Source: Macrostomum hystrix (taxonomy: Eukaryota > Animalia > Platyhelminthes). Taken from it: a stretch of 64,000 bases of DNA. Below are positions 51,430 through 64,000 of this stretch, piece by piece (the first letter of the stretch is position 1; every line of letters begins with the position of its first letter). Location: the NCBI GenBank assembly GCA_950097015.1, contig CATNEN010000038.1, positions 8,742,001-8,806,000 on the forward strand, in the 5' to 3' direction. Below the pieces are notes generated by a model that was given only the letters and a program-made list of their open reading frames with translations, had not been told where the DNA came from and did no database searches. The translations under genes and the position numbers were made by a program.

Positions 51430-52320
51430 AGCTAGTAACTCCATGTCACTTCATGACCTTCCGAGTAACCCCATGTCGCTTCAAAGCCTTCCGAGTAACC
51501 CCATGTCGCTTCAAAGCCTTCCGAGTAACCCCATGTCACTTCAAAGCCTTCCGAGTAACCCCATGTCGCTTCAAAGCCTTCCGAGTAACCCCATGTCACT
51601 TCAAAGCCTTCCGAGTAACCCCATGTCGCTTTAAAGTCTTCCGAGTAACCCCATGTCGCTTCAAAGCCTTCCGAGTAACCCCATGTCGCTTCAAAGCCTT
51701 CCGAGTAACCCCATGTCACTTCAAAGCCTTCCGAGTAACCCCATGTCACTTCAAAGCCTTCCGAGTAACTCCATGTCACTTCATGACCTTCCGAGTAACC
51801 CCATGTCGCTTCAAAGCCTTCCGAGTAACCCCATGTCACTTCAAAGCCTTCCGAGTAACCCCATGTCACTTCAAAGCCTTCCGAGTAACCCCATGTCGCT
51901 TCAAAGCCTTCCGAGTAACCCCATGTCGCTTCAAAGCCTTCCGAGTAACCCCATGTCACTTCAAAGCCTTCCGAGTAACCCCATGTCACTTCAAAGCCTT
52001 CCGAGTAACTCCATGTCACTTCATGACCTTCCGAGTAACCCCATGTCGCTTCAAAGCCTTCCGAGTAACCCCATGTCACTTCAAAGCCTTCCGAGTAACC
52101 CCATGTCACTTCAAAGCCTTCCGAGTAACCCCATGTCGCTTCAAAGCCTTCCGAGTAACCCCATGTCACTTCAAAGCCTTCCGAGTAACCCCATGTCGCT
52201 TTAAAGTCTTCCGAGTAACCCCATGTCGCTTCAAAGCCTTCCGAGTAACCCCATGTCGCTTCAAAGCCTTCCGAGCAACCCCATGTCACTTCAAAGCCTT
52301 CCGAGCAACCCCATGTGGCT
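51430..52320. repeat. 30-bp minisatellite (CCGAGTAACCCCATGTCRCTTCAAAGCCTT)n
   Basis: About 30 copies with higher-order variants. Confidence 0.97.
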
Positions 52321-52891
52321 CCATGGCATTCCTTCGTCTCTCTAAAGCCTTGCTTGTCACTCCAAAGCCTTACTTTTAAGTCCTCAGTCACTTCACAATC
52401 TCTGTTAAGTAATTTAGTATCATTCTATAAAGTATTTTACGTAATAACTGCAATATTTTATGATCCTATTGAAAGATGCATTGCATGGGTAATGGCAGTT
52501 CACGCTTCTGTAAATAAACAATAACAAATTCAACGCAAACTAACCAAATCTGCGCTTAACGAGTCAGAAATGAGGCAATATTGAAATTAAATGTATACTA
52601 ACTCGCAGATTGTATCGCGTTGTGTATTTTTTATAAAAATAAAAAAGCTGAAAATTTTTTTCAGCAAAAGGCACTGAAAACAAAATTGGAAATGCAAATA
52701 AAGCAGAAAAGTTGTTGCTTTTACCAGACAGTGGGCTTGTGAGCATCATCCGACTGTTAAGCCTCTTCAAATTTTAGCGTGATCTACTAGGGCTCAGTAA
52801 CTATTTGGATTTAAAAGCGCACAAAGCCGGTGACTCTGAACCAGTTGCGAATCTGCCTACTCGTTAGTAGAAATGCGCGATTTCTCAACTA

Positions 52892-55800
52892 TCATAACAT
52901 GTCGTAAAATCTCGGCCTGCGGGAAGCGCCGAAGCGCTGCCAGGTGGACCCGCTCCACAGGGCGCGGGCGCTGCACACTCCGTAGCGAAGCCGAAGCTCT
53001 TCCTCGAAGTTGCGGATCGGCGGGTGCCATTCAATACACATGTCAAATCTGACGCTGCTGCGACACATGCTGTCACTGTCCATGCCACTTACACCTGAGC
53101 CAACCTGCGGCTCACTGTTGCTCACGACGCCACCAAAGTCAGCAGAGGTGCTCTCGCAGATGCTGCTGCGCTGGTTGGAGTCACGCTTGCTGGCACTGGG
53201 GTCGGCGCACTGGGGTCGGGGCTGGCATTGGGCTTCGACAACTAGCGTCTGGTGCCAGCATGTGCTGTACTGACTGACGCTCTCAAGGAAGCGCAGTACA
53301 GTCGTGTAAGAATCGTGCTTGCGATTCGGCGGCTTGCAAATCTGGATGTGGTTGGCGGACAGGCGGACAACCTCCCCGACCTGCGGGCGAGTGACAGCGC
53401 GTCTTAAACAGGGGGTTGTAGCCACAGATACTATTTAGTATTTAGTATCTGTGGTTGTAGCCTAGCGGCTAGAGCATCAGATTCACGACTTTGAAGGTCG
53501 CAAGTTCGACTTTTTACTGCACTGGAAGAATTTGTGTCCTTTAGCAAGCAACTCTGCATTATTTCAGATCCTACAGCTTTTAAATGGGCACCAGCATTAA
53601 CTGTGATAATTTAGGGTGGGTGCGGCGTCCCCTAGTCCATGGACTGAACAGCCGTACGCAGCCTTCATAATTACCATTAACAGTAGAACTACCAAGGGGG
53701 GGGGAATTCCCCCCCCTGACAATTTTTTTGCTGCACCCAAACAGAACAATGCAAGCACACGAAACTCAAGAACACGGGCCAACTTTTTGTTGCGCATCTT
53801 CTGAAACAAGAAACAAGTCGCCAGCTCTTCAGACCGTCGAGATATTCAATGTTTCTGGCCGAAGGTCCGATTTTTCCCATAAGAGTTAGTGTATTTCATA
53901 CACCCCTATACACGAATTTGCACTGCGCCTCAGTGCGGCCTTGCCAGGCCTTCAAAATTGATCAGCATGTCACCTGAGTGTGCCTGCATCATCTCCGTCT
54001 TCGGTGGTCACCTACCTTTATCTAGACAGACTGCTGGACCTTCAAGGGCTACAACAGGTGGAACTAAGCTACTATGGACACCCTGACGCGAATTTCTCAA
54101 ATTTCAATGCTCAAGCCAAAATATTAGGCGCAGCTCAACCACAGGACAGACCTCGCCTAGTCTGTCAACCAATCAGTCACCACCCAACGCTGTTAGCATT
54201 CGGGCGCTGCCAAAAAAATTGTCAGGGGGGATTTCCCCCCACCTTGGTATAAAAACGGGCGGCAAAATGGATTGGTAGTCCTACTGTTAATAGCTGCAGC
54301 TGCACATCTGACCAAATTGGGGCAAGTGTGAGAATTTATTATTGCTAATATTACCTCTGAAAATACTCCAGTATCTAGCTATCTTCGTTCATCAACTTAA
54401 ATTTTACGAGCTATATTCAGCTTACTTTCATTGCCTTGTAATTAGGAAAACTTTTTGTACTATGTCAAGTGCCGTCAGTTATAATTTTATGCTCTTTAGG
54501 GATGTTGTGGTTTTTTAGATGAGGACATACGGATTCAAGAAAAACTCAGACGAGAGAGAGAAAGGCAGAGAACGTGCTCACATCATGTACATGCTGGGAC
54601 AATGAGAGAGGAGGCATTATTTCTTTAGAGCAAACGCCCGCACCTATAGGTCCCGCCGCTAAAAATGTGCACACCTGATACAGACAAGTCGCATATAGTC
54701 CATTCTTCTCTTACTCTACATTGTTGATGCTGTATTTTTTCCATGCACAATAATACCAAATGGGACTGAGATTCTATTTGAATCCACAATGCTACTCAAC
54801 CTGCTTAACAATAGCTCAGCGGATATTAAATAGAAAACATAGGACTAGGTGCAGGCTAGTCAAAGCAGACTCAACCCTAACCCCACTGACTGTACGCATC
54901 TCCAATGGATACAGCCTCACGAATTCTAGAGTTTATGTACACTACAAGCATTATAAAATGTAAAGAGCCAGTGCTTATAGTTGAACATCCTTTTTAAATA
55001 CTTTTGAGCTAATAGTTGCAACTGTAACTAGGCAAATATGAAGTTCGGTAGATTTGCAACGGGAGCTTTGATTTGCTGGCTGCTAGCCGCTGGGCTGTTG
55101 ACTGGTAAGTCATGGATTAACAGTGCCGCGATTAAATTCGATTTACTTCAAGTAAAAATTCCATCACAAAACTATTCACACCACAGCCCCTGCCGAGTCA
55201 GCTGACTGCTCAGCTATCACCTGTTACAACGGAGGAACATGCAACAACTACACCGTCAGCCCGCCATGTCAGTGCGCACTACCGTACATTGCGCCCTACT
55301 GCATCGCTGCAGTAAACTATTGTAACACATCGCAGCCCAGTAATGGCGTCCAGGAGCTGCCTGTCTGTAAGAACGGCGGCAACTGCACACTGACATACAC
55401 GGATCCCTTCTACAACTGCACCTGCGCGTACGGCTATACAGGTGTGTTTCTCAATTCTGCTTGTCATGCCTCCTTCCTCTCAATAATTTTAACAAGTCGT
55501 CCGATGGACGAAGCGGTAACGTGTCTGAATAACGTGTGCACGGGCCTATTTGCACCAAGGCCCTTGACATCGAATCCACATCGAATGACATCGAATCCAC
55601 GGCGAGGCCACATTAATTTCGGGCCATTGGGGGATCGTTGCGCAATAACACCTACGAGGGCCTACGATGAGAATGTCAAGGCAGATGTACACACCACCGT
55701 ATGCCTGCGTACGGTATCTGTGTGCGTCTGTTCTAAGGAGTCAGCGAAATGGCAGAATTGCTTCCTAGCTGGCTGTGGGTTTACTGTCACTAAATGATGT

Positions 55801-58418
55801 ACCAGTGCGTATAGCCAGCAGCAAATGTTAAAAAAATTAACCAACAAAAAATATTTAATGTACAGGTCTGCGCTGCAACGAAACGGATTCCATAACTAGT
55901 ACTACTGCCTTTTCCAGTACTTCTAGTACAGTTAGTACTTTCAGTGAGTTGCATTGCTAAATTAAACATAGATGAATCGGAATACATGTGTCACAATACA
56001 AGTTTTTCAAGGCGCTTAAATGTTTCTTTTATTTATATTTCAGGTGCAACTTTATCTCCAGGCCAAATTGCGGGCATCAGTCTCGGCACTATTTGCGGAT
56101 TGGGCATCATAATCTGTATCATTGTGCTAGTGCTCATGATTTACGATATAGTGCCTGCTCCCGAGAGCTGGAAACCTGCCTTGCAAAAGGCCCGCATTTG
56201 CGATCGCAGCAACATGGTGAGCTGTGACTCTGGCCAGGCATGGTGAGCTGTGACTCTGGCCAGGCATGGTGAGCTGTGACTCTGGCCAGGCATGGTGAGC
56301 TGTGACTCTGGCCAGGAATGGTGAGCTGTGACTCTGGCCAGGCATGGTGAGCTGTGACTCTGGCCAGGCATGGTGAGCTGTGACTCTGGCCAGGAATGGT
56401 GAGCTGTGACTCTGGCCAGGAATGGTGAGCTGTGACTCTGGCCAGGCATGGTGAGCTGTGACTCTGGCCAGGAATGGTGAGCTGGGACTCTGGCCAGGCA
56501 TGGTGAGCTGTGACTCTGGCCAGGAATGGTGAGCTGGGACTCTGGCCAGGAATGGTGAGCTGGGACTCTGGCCAGGAATGGTGAGCTGGGACTCTGGCCA
56601 GGAATGGTGAGCTGGGACTCTGGCCAGGAATGGTGAGCTGGGACTCTGGCCAGGAATGGTGAGCTGTGACTCTGGCCAGGAATGGTGAGCTGGGACTCTG
56701 GCCAGGAATGGTGAGCTGGGACTCTGGCCAGGAATGGTGAGCTGGGACTCTGGCCAGGCATGGTGAGCTGGGACTCTGGCCAGGAATGGTGAGCTGGGAC
56801 TCTGGCCAGGAATGGTGAGCTGGGACTCTGGCCAGGAATGGTGAGCTGGGACTCTGGCCAGGAATGGTGAGCTGTGACTCTGGCCAGGCATGGTGAGCTG
56901 GGACTCTGGCCAGGAATGGTGAGCTGGGACTCTGGCCAGGAATGGTGAGCTGGGACTCTGGCCAGGAATGGTGAGCTGGGACTCTGGCCAGGAATGGTGA
57001 GCTGTGACTCTGGCCAGGCATGGTGAGCTGGGACTCTGGCCAGGAATGGTGAGCTGGGACTCTGGCCAGGAATGGTGAGCTGGGACTCTGGCCAGGAATG
57101 GTGAGCTGTGACTCTGGCCAGGAATGGTGAGCTGGGACTCTGGCCAGGAATGGTGAGCTGTGACTCTGGCCAGGAATGGTGAGCTGGGACTCTGGCCAGG
57201 AATGGTGAGCTGGGACTCTGGCCAGGAATGGTGAGCTGGGACTCTGGCCAGGCATGGTGAGCTGGGACTCTGGCCAGGAATGGTGAGCTGGGACTCTGGC
57301 CAGGAATGGTGAGCTGGGACTCTGGCCAGGAATGGTGAGCTGGGACTCTGGCCAGGAATGGTGAGCTGGGACTCTGGCCAGGAATGGTGAGCTGGGACTC
57401 TGGCCAGGAATGGTGAGCTGGGACTCTGGCCAGGAATGGTGAGCTGGGACTCTGGCCAGGCATGGTGAGCTGGGACTCTGGCCAGGAATGGTGAGCTGGG
57501 ACTCTGGCCAGGAATGGTGAGCTGGGACTCTGGCCAGGAATGGTGAGCTGGGACTCTGGCCAGGAATGGTGAGCTGTGACTCTGGCCAGGCATGGTGAGC
57601 TGGGACTCTGGCCAGGAATGGTGAGCTGGGACTCTGGCCAGGAATGGTGAGCTGGGACTCTGGCCAGGAATGGTGAGCTGTGACTCTGGCCAGGCATGGT
57701 GAGCTGTGACTCTGGCCACGCATACAAGTTCTCTCATTCCAGGGACCAACCATAAAAAACTGCTTAAATTTCAGAGAGTCGACGATGAAAGCAAAATCAG
57801 AAAGCTGGAACAGACGAAACACGAGACAGGCAAATCCAACACGGACCAACGCCACGAGAGAGAGGACCAATACAGCCAGGAAGAGGAAACCAGAAGCGAT
57901 GCCAGCGAGTACGAGAGCGTCAGTAACACGGACGCCGGTGTCACGTCCTCCGAAGAGTTTTACAGAGATAAGCGAGTATTTTAAAGTATCACCAGCCTCA
58001 TTCACTAAAAATAGCTAGTTAGAGGCATCGTGAGTTTTTAGTTTTATGTCAGCCGGATGGTTCTACTCATGACTGCATCGGTATTGTATGAAATGTAAAT
58101 GGTCTAAATTAGCCGCACTATGTGCACTTGAAAATATCCCGATGTAATTTTGAAACTTTACTTCTATTCATGAAAAAATACAGTATTCCACAGATTATGT
58201 GTTTACATGTGTTTACGAGCGTACTTAGTATTTATTAAAACATTAACTTTGAAATTTATCAGAAGACTTCACGCTTTGTTCTTAAAATTTGAGAAATGCA
58301 CGTCATTAATCAAATTACACAGTTTCTCATCCAAAAATAGAGACAGACAAGACAGAAAGACAGACAGACAGACAGACAGACAGGCAGGCAGGCAGGCAGG
58401 CAGGCAGACAGACAGACA

Positions 58419-58451
<33 letters not shown>

Positions 58452-58510
58452 AAAGACAGACAGACAGGCCGGCAGGCAGGAAGGCAGGCAGGCAGAAAGA
58501 CAGACAGACA

Positions 58511-58577
<67 letters not shown>

Positions 58578-58581
58578 AGGA

Positions 58582-58645
<64 letters not shown>

Positions 58646-61600
58646 AGGCAGGCAGGTGAAGCTGCTTACCAGTTTGTCTGCCCAGGACTCAGGGCAGATT
58701 TTGAGTCCGATGCCGCCGGGCGCCACAGGGGTCCGGCTGAGCTCAATAATGTTGAGCACGCGCACGTCGGTTCGAGTCTGGGCGTACTGCACAAACCAGG
58801 CGTGCAGCCGGCCGAGCACCCGGCAGCTGCCGTCGAAGACATTCCTGGCCTCATCCGACAGGCACAAGTGCCGGAACGGCAGCCAGTAGATGCGGCTCAT
58901 GTTGGCAGCCTGCGGTTTGCAGGGAAATGCGGCAGCTTCGACATAAAGCTGTCGGTTCTCACCTGTGTCTAACAGATGTGTCTAACACACACACTAATAC
59001 CAGTATCCCAGCTGTTCTGATCTGCCCCAGATAGCCAGGCTGCGCCATTTGCTCACCTTGCTGCGCCCCAGATGAGGCACCGCGATGAACACGAGGCCTC
59101 GCACGCTGGCCAGTAGATCCTTTTTCCGGCGATCCGGGCTGGTGTGCAGCAGCTGCAGCATCTGCTTGATGATGAGGCCGCCGAATGAGTGACAGACGAA
59201 CACGGTGATTCGGTTGCCGACGCCGGCTGCGAGAAGCTGGTCGGCGGCTTCGCTGGCCCGCCGTGGCAGGCAGCCGGACGGGTCGCGGCCATTGACGGAG
59301 CAGCCGCGCCACTTTATTACCTTAATCGTCACGTTTAGCGCTGCGGGAATGCGCAGAACAGACTTGTCAGTAGCAAGACATATTGGTTACTGCTTATTGG
59401 TTATTATTGGCTAATTACGAACTCCTAACAACTGCCTAGTAGAGTATACTCAATCAAATGACAGGTTGGAGGACAGCCAATCAAATGACAGGTTGGAGGA
59501 CACCCAATCAAATGACAGGTTGGAGGACACTCAATCAAATGACAGGTTGGAGGACAGCCAATCAAATGACAGGTTGGAGGACACCCAATCAAATGACAGG
59601 TTGGAGGACACCCAATCAAATGACAGGTTGGAGGACGCCCAATCAAATGACAGGTTGGAGGACAGCCAATCAAATGACAGGTTGGAGGACACCCAATCAA
59701 ATGACAGGTTGGAGGACACCCAATCAAATGACAGGTTGGAGGACACCCAATCAAATGACAGGTTGGAGGACAGCCAATCAAATGACAGGTTTAAGGACAG
59801 CCAATCAAATGACAGGATTAAGGACAGCAAATCAAATGACAGGTTTGAGGACAGCTAATCAAATGACAGGTTTGAGGACAGCCAATCAAATAACGGGTTG
59901 GAGGACAGTCAATCAAATAACGGATTGGTGGACAGCCAATCAAATGACAGCCAAGATTAGCCACTCAGCCTCACCCAGTATGCGGGCCCTGGGCAGGTCA
60001 TTGGCCAGCCAGTCAATGGGCCAGCAGTCGCTGATCTGCTGCGATTGTTCGCTGTCAAAAGAGGAAGCTCCCCTAGCCTGGGGCCTGCCAGCGGTTGCAC
60101 TGTTGGACTCAGCTGATGCGGACTGCTTGCCTTGCTTCCAGGTGTAAAACACGCTGCCCAGCATGCCGTTGACAAAGATCACATCAATTATAGGGGCGGC
60201 CAGAATTGGCCTAGCTAGCTCGTACACATCGGGCTGGAAGATGCAGTAGGGCCGGTATTTCTTGTCAGGTGACTGGGATAATTGCAGAGCGTAGGCAGAC
60301 ATGTTGGCCGAAATCTTAGAGCCGGACAGGGACAGAACAATGGAGGGACTTCGCCTCCAGTTATTGATAAGGTTGCAAGTAAAGCTGTCACCGGAGAATA
60401 AATCGTAGGCCTCTCGGTGGCAGCTCAGATTGGCCAGTGTCTGGGCTAGCAGCAGTTCCCCTGCCGGCGGAATGTCGTAAAAGTTCGAACAGATTGCGAC
60501 TGGCAGCAGGTGGCGGAAGAGGTCGTCGGAGATCAGCCTTCTGGCCAGGAGCAGCGTCCTGTGGCGTGGCGAAGGCGTGACTTCTTCCATAGATTGCTTT
60601 CAGGTTTCACTTTTGGTATATATGTTTGCCTAACTGCCTAAATACCCACCTGACCTGCCTAAATACCCACCTGACCTGCCTAAATACCCACCTGACCTGC
60701 CTAAATACCCACCTGACCTGCCTAAATACCCACCTGACCTGCCTAAATACCCACCTGACCTGCCTAAATACCCATCTGACCTGCCTAAATACCCACCTGA
60801 CCTGCCTAAATACCCACCTGACCTGCCTAAATACCCACCTGACCTGCCTAAATATCCACCTGACCTGCCTAAATACCCACCTGACCTGCCTAAATACCCA
60901 CCTGACCTGCCTAAATACCCACCTGACCTGCCTAAATACCCATCTGACCTGCCTAAATACCCAACTGACCTGCCAAAATACCCACCTTACCTGCCTAAAT
61001 ACCACCTCACCTGCCTAAACACACACCTCACCTGCCTAAATACCACCTCACCTGCCTAAACACACACCTCACCTGCCTAAATACCACCTCACCTGCCTAA
61101 ACACACACCTCACCTGCCTAAATACCACCTCACCTGCCTAAACACACACCTCACCTGCCTAAATACCACCTCACCTGCCTAAACACACACCTTACCTGCC
61201 TAAACACCCACCTCACCTGCCTAAATACCACCTCACCTGCCTAAACACCCACCTTACCTGCCTAAATACCACCTCACCTGCCTAAACACACACCTCACCT
61301 GCCTAAATACCACCTCACCTGCCTAAACACACACCTCACCTGCCTAAATACCCACCTTACCTGCCTAAACACACACCTTACCTGCCTAAACACCCACCTC
61401 ACCTGCCTAAATACCCACCTTACCTGCCTAAACACACGTCACCTGCCTAAACACCCACCTCACCTGCCTAAATACCTACCTTACCTGCTTAAACACACAC
61501 CTCACCTGCCTAAATACCCACCTTACCTGCTTACCCTGTAAAAAATTCGGCTGCTTATTCGGCGGGTTTTTTGTGCAAAATAGGAGTGGAAATCTGGAAT

Positions 61601-63800
61601 CTACCAAAATCCCCCTATCTCACAATGGAAACCACCCAGGAAGCAGCCTTTGTAACCGTAAACTGTGCGGAAACCGCCGAAGAATCACCCGAACCAGTGG
61701 CCCATGGGACAACCAGAGAATTATTTACGGGCGATTCCTCGGCGGTTTCTGAGCATGGAATCTTCCGAACTGGAGGATTCTTTGGGTGATTCCATTTCGC
61801 CACCAAGAAGCACCGAGAAAACGCCCAGTTGGGTAGATTCTAAGCATGGAATCATCCGATTAAAATATGTTTCCAGCGTTCGGCTGTTTCTTTTTCTGGA
61901 AACACCACAGATTCCAACTGGAATCACCCAAAGAAACATCCCTATTTTTTAGCGGGTAAACACCCACCTCACCTGCCCAAATACCTGCCCCACCTGCTTA
62001 AATACCCACCTCACCTGCCTAAATACCTGCCCCACCTGCTTAAATACCCACCTCACCTGCCCCACCTGCTTAAATACCCACCTCACCTGCCTAAATACCT
62101 GCCCCACCTGCTTAAATACCCACCTCACCTGCCTAAATACCTGCCCCACCTGCTTAAATACCCACCTCACCTGCCTAAATACCTGCCCCACCTGCTTAAA
62201 TACCCACCTCACCTGCCTAAACACCTGCCCCACCTGCTTAAATACCCACCTCACCTGCCTAAATACCTGCCCCACCTGCTTAAATACCCACCTCACCTGC
62301 CTAAATACCTGCCCCACCTGCTTAAATACCCACCTCACCTGCCTAAATACCTGCCCCACCTGCTTAAATACCCACCTCACCTGCCTAAACACCTGCCCCA
62401 CCTGCTTAAATACCCACCTCACCTGCCTAAATACCTGCCCCACCTGCTTAAATACCCACCTCACCTGCCTAAACACCTGCCCCACCTGCTTAAATACCCA
62501 CCTCACCTGCCTAAATACCTGCCCCACCTGCTTAAATACCCACCTCACCTGCCTAAATACCTGCCCCACCTGCTTAAATACCCACCTCACCTGCCTAAAT
62601 ACCTGCCCCACCTGCTTAAATACCCACCTCACCTGCCTAAACACCTGCCCCACCTGCTTAAATACCCACCTCACCTGCCTAAATACCTGCCCCACCTGCT
62701 TAAATACCCACCTCACCTGCCTAAATACCTGCCCCACCTGCTTAAATACCCACCTCACCTGCCGCAACTGCCTAAATACCTGCAGTACCTGCTTATTACG
62801 TATGGATGCCTCACCTGTCAATTGTGTATCTGACCCACAAGAGATCTTATCTAACTGTTATTAAACAGGGATTATTTTTCCATCATTTACCTAGTGACAG
62901 ACGCCAGCCGTTTGAGCAGTCTCAGCATGAGCATATTAGACTGTTCCCGTTTTTTCTGCAGCTCGTAATCTGACAGGGCTGGAATCGGCTGGTGGGCTGC
63001 CTGAAATGGCAGCCGTTGCAAGTCAACGGGAAAGTGCCGGCTGGCTAAAAATTTAGGCAGGACATCCGGCTGCGGTAGCGGCTGATCCAGTGCCATGCTG
63101 AGCAGCAGTTCCACTCGACTGTGCAGCCATTCCACGCTGCTGCCAATGGAGGCTCCGTTTTCTTCGCCTTTAGCTAGGTGGGCCTGCGAACGGCGGCGGC
63201 TGCGGAGTGGGCGGCGATTCTTCTGTGAGGTTCTAGCAGCCAATGGGAGCTTCGTAAGTTGTAAGTATAGGGACGAGTGTGCATGAAGAGGCTGTAAGTG
63301 AGGGCCAGGTGTACATGAAGAGGCAGTAGGTGAGGGGCGGATGTAATTGAAAAGGCTGTAAGTGAGGTGCGGATGTACACGAAGAGGCTGTCAGTAGGGG
63401 GCGGATGTACATGAAGAGGCTGTAAGTGAGGGGCGGATGTACATGAAGAGGCTGTAAGTGAGGGGCGGATGTACATGAAGAGGCTGTAAGTGAGGGCCGG
63501 GTGTACATGAAGAGGCTGTAAGTGAGGGCCGGGTGTACATGAAGATGCTGTAAGTGAAGGGCGGATGTACATGAAGAGGCTGTAAGTGAAGGGCGGATGT
63601 ACATGAAGAGGCTGTAAGTGAGGGCCGGGTGTACATGAAGAGGCTGTAAGTGAAGGGCGGCTTTACAAAATAGGCTGTCAGCGATTGGTCAATGAAAATG
63701 CCAACCAGCAAGCCAGGCCGAGTCTCACCTGAAATTATTGCACAGGCCGCAGCTCGCAGACATTTGGACCCCAGTCGCAGCAGCAGAGAAGTCAGGACTG
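52892..63800 (-). CDS. SERAC1: SERAC1-like alpha/beta hydrolase (phosphatidylglycerol remodelling); 5' end uncertain or outside the window
   Basis: DVIFVNGMLGSVFYTWKQ, CWPIDWLANDLPRARIL, FVCHSFGGLIIKQML, VFIAVPHLG, NHIQICKP in the expected order. Exons ~63230-62891, ~60540-59975, 59340-59057, 58909-58670, 53380-52892; the last three junctions are phase-compatible. Confidence 0.85.
53452..54332 (+). mobile_element. SINE family 1 copy interrupted by a MITE
   Basis: tRNA head at 53452; 3' part (tagctgcagctgcacatctg) resumes at ~54290. Confidence 0.8.
53681..54286. mobile_element. MITE with TIRs flanked by TTAA
   Basis: TTAA|cagtagaactacc ... ggtagtcctactg|TTAA; subterminal inverted ccccctgacaattttttt / aaaaaaattgtcaggggg. 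Confidence 0.85.
55038..58018 (+). CDS. Type-I membrane protein with signal peptide, 2 EGF-like domains, S/T stalk and TM; nested antisense in a SERAC1 intron
   Basis: Exons 55038-55104, 55187-55441, 55866-55943, 56044-56216, 57743-58018. CYNGGTC..CQC..YC and CKNGGNC..YNCTCAYGYTG|LRC; TM IAGISLGTICGLGIIICIIVLVLMI. Largely missed by the ORF track. Last-exon frame less certain. Confidence 0.85.
55500..55830 (+). mobile_element. SINE family 2-related copy in the EGF gene intron
   Basis: gcagatgtacacacc and gagtcagcgaaatgg shared with 47055-47352. Confidence 0.6.
56213..57718. repeat. 26-bp minisatellite (ATGGTGAGCTGKGACTCTGGCCAGGM)n filling an intron
   Basis: About 58 copies, starting at the exon/intron boundary. 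Confidence 0.97.
58340..58657. repeat. (GACA)n/(GGCA)n microsatellite
   Basis: Directly visible. Confidence 0.95.
59450..59953. repeat. 27-bp minisatellite (CCAATCAAATGACAGGTTGGAGGACAS)n in a SERAC1 intron
   Basis: Directly visible. Confidence 0.95.
60628..62790. repeat. 21-bp minisatellite (CCTAAATACCCACCTSACCTG) changing into 41/42-bp dimers; SERAC1 intron
   Basis: Directly visible; interrupted at 61534-61956. Confidence 0.95.
61534..61956. mobile_element. Non-autonomous DNA transposon inserted into the satellite
   Basis: TA|ccctgtaaaaaat ... attttttagcggg|TA; removing it restores the unit ctgcttaaacaccc. Confidence 0.75.
63280..63660. repeat. 31-32-bp minisatellite (GTACATGAAGAGGCTGTAAGTGAGGGCGGAT)n in a SERAC1 intron
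   Basis: Directly visible. Confidence 0.95.
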
Positions 63801-64000
63801 GAAATTATTTGGAGGAAAGAATTGCGCCTCAATTTACGAACATCAGAAAGTAACCGAAGAAAAAATGATAAAGTAGGTATCACAGCCAGTACCAGTATAT
63901 GAGTACGCTGCTAAACCCACCCGAATCTCTAACCCCGCTATATGTCGGAACCGATTCTTATCATTTTTCTATTGGGTTGAGATTCGAACTCCCGAACCTC

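Noticed and set aside
51389-52391. 300-aa repeat proteins
   Set aside because: Open on both strands only because the 30-bp unit lacks stops
56127-58005. 528-623-aa minus-strand ORFs
   Set aside because: All three frames are open because of the 26-bp satellite; intronic
58207-63711. Repetitive ORFs (QAGR, CPPTCHLIG, FRQVRWV, HLQPLHV)
   Set aside because: Satellite translations inside SERAC1 introns

Overview
Intron-rich, minisatellite-rich animal DNA. The style suggests a free-living flatworm such as Macrostomum, but that is inference. The main result is at 30.3-41.8 kb. About a dozen separate-looking ORFs splice with canonical GT-AG junctions into two head-to-head paralogous genes of about 1084 and 1098 aa. 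Both have the architecture kinase - caspase-like domain - about 6 ankyrin repeats - poly-Gly - second caspase-like domain, and they share the same intron phases. Every enzyme domain has lost key catalytic residues (HRD to HRN; QACRG to QADRG, EAGRD, QTSK or DVET), so these look like all-pseudoenzyme signalling scaffolds. A third related kinase that keeps HRD runs off the left edge. Between them lies a cluster of five intact DRY-less rhodopsin-type GPCRs plus one pseudogene. Each intact receptor appears to take its ATG from a separate upstream exon, and two pairs show mosaic homogenisation. The right part holds CNOT11, an unknown membrane protein, and SERAC1 with an EGF/TM gene nested antisense in its last intron. 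Transposon relics (Tc1/mariner, hAT-type MITEs, two tRNA-SINE families, LINE tails) and intronic tandem repeats are abundant. Exon models were worked out by eye, without transcript data.
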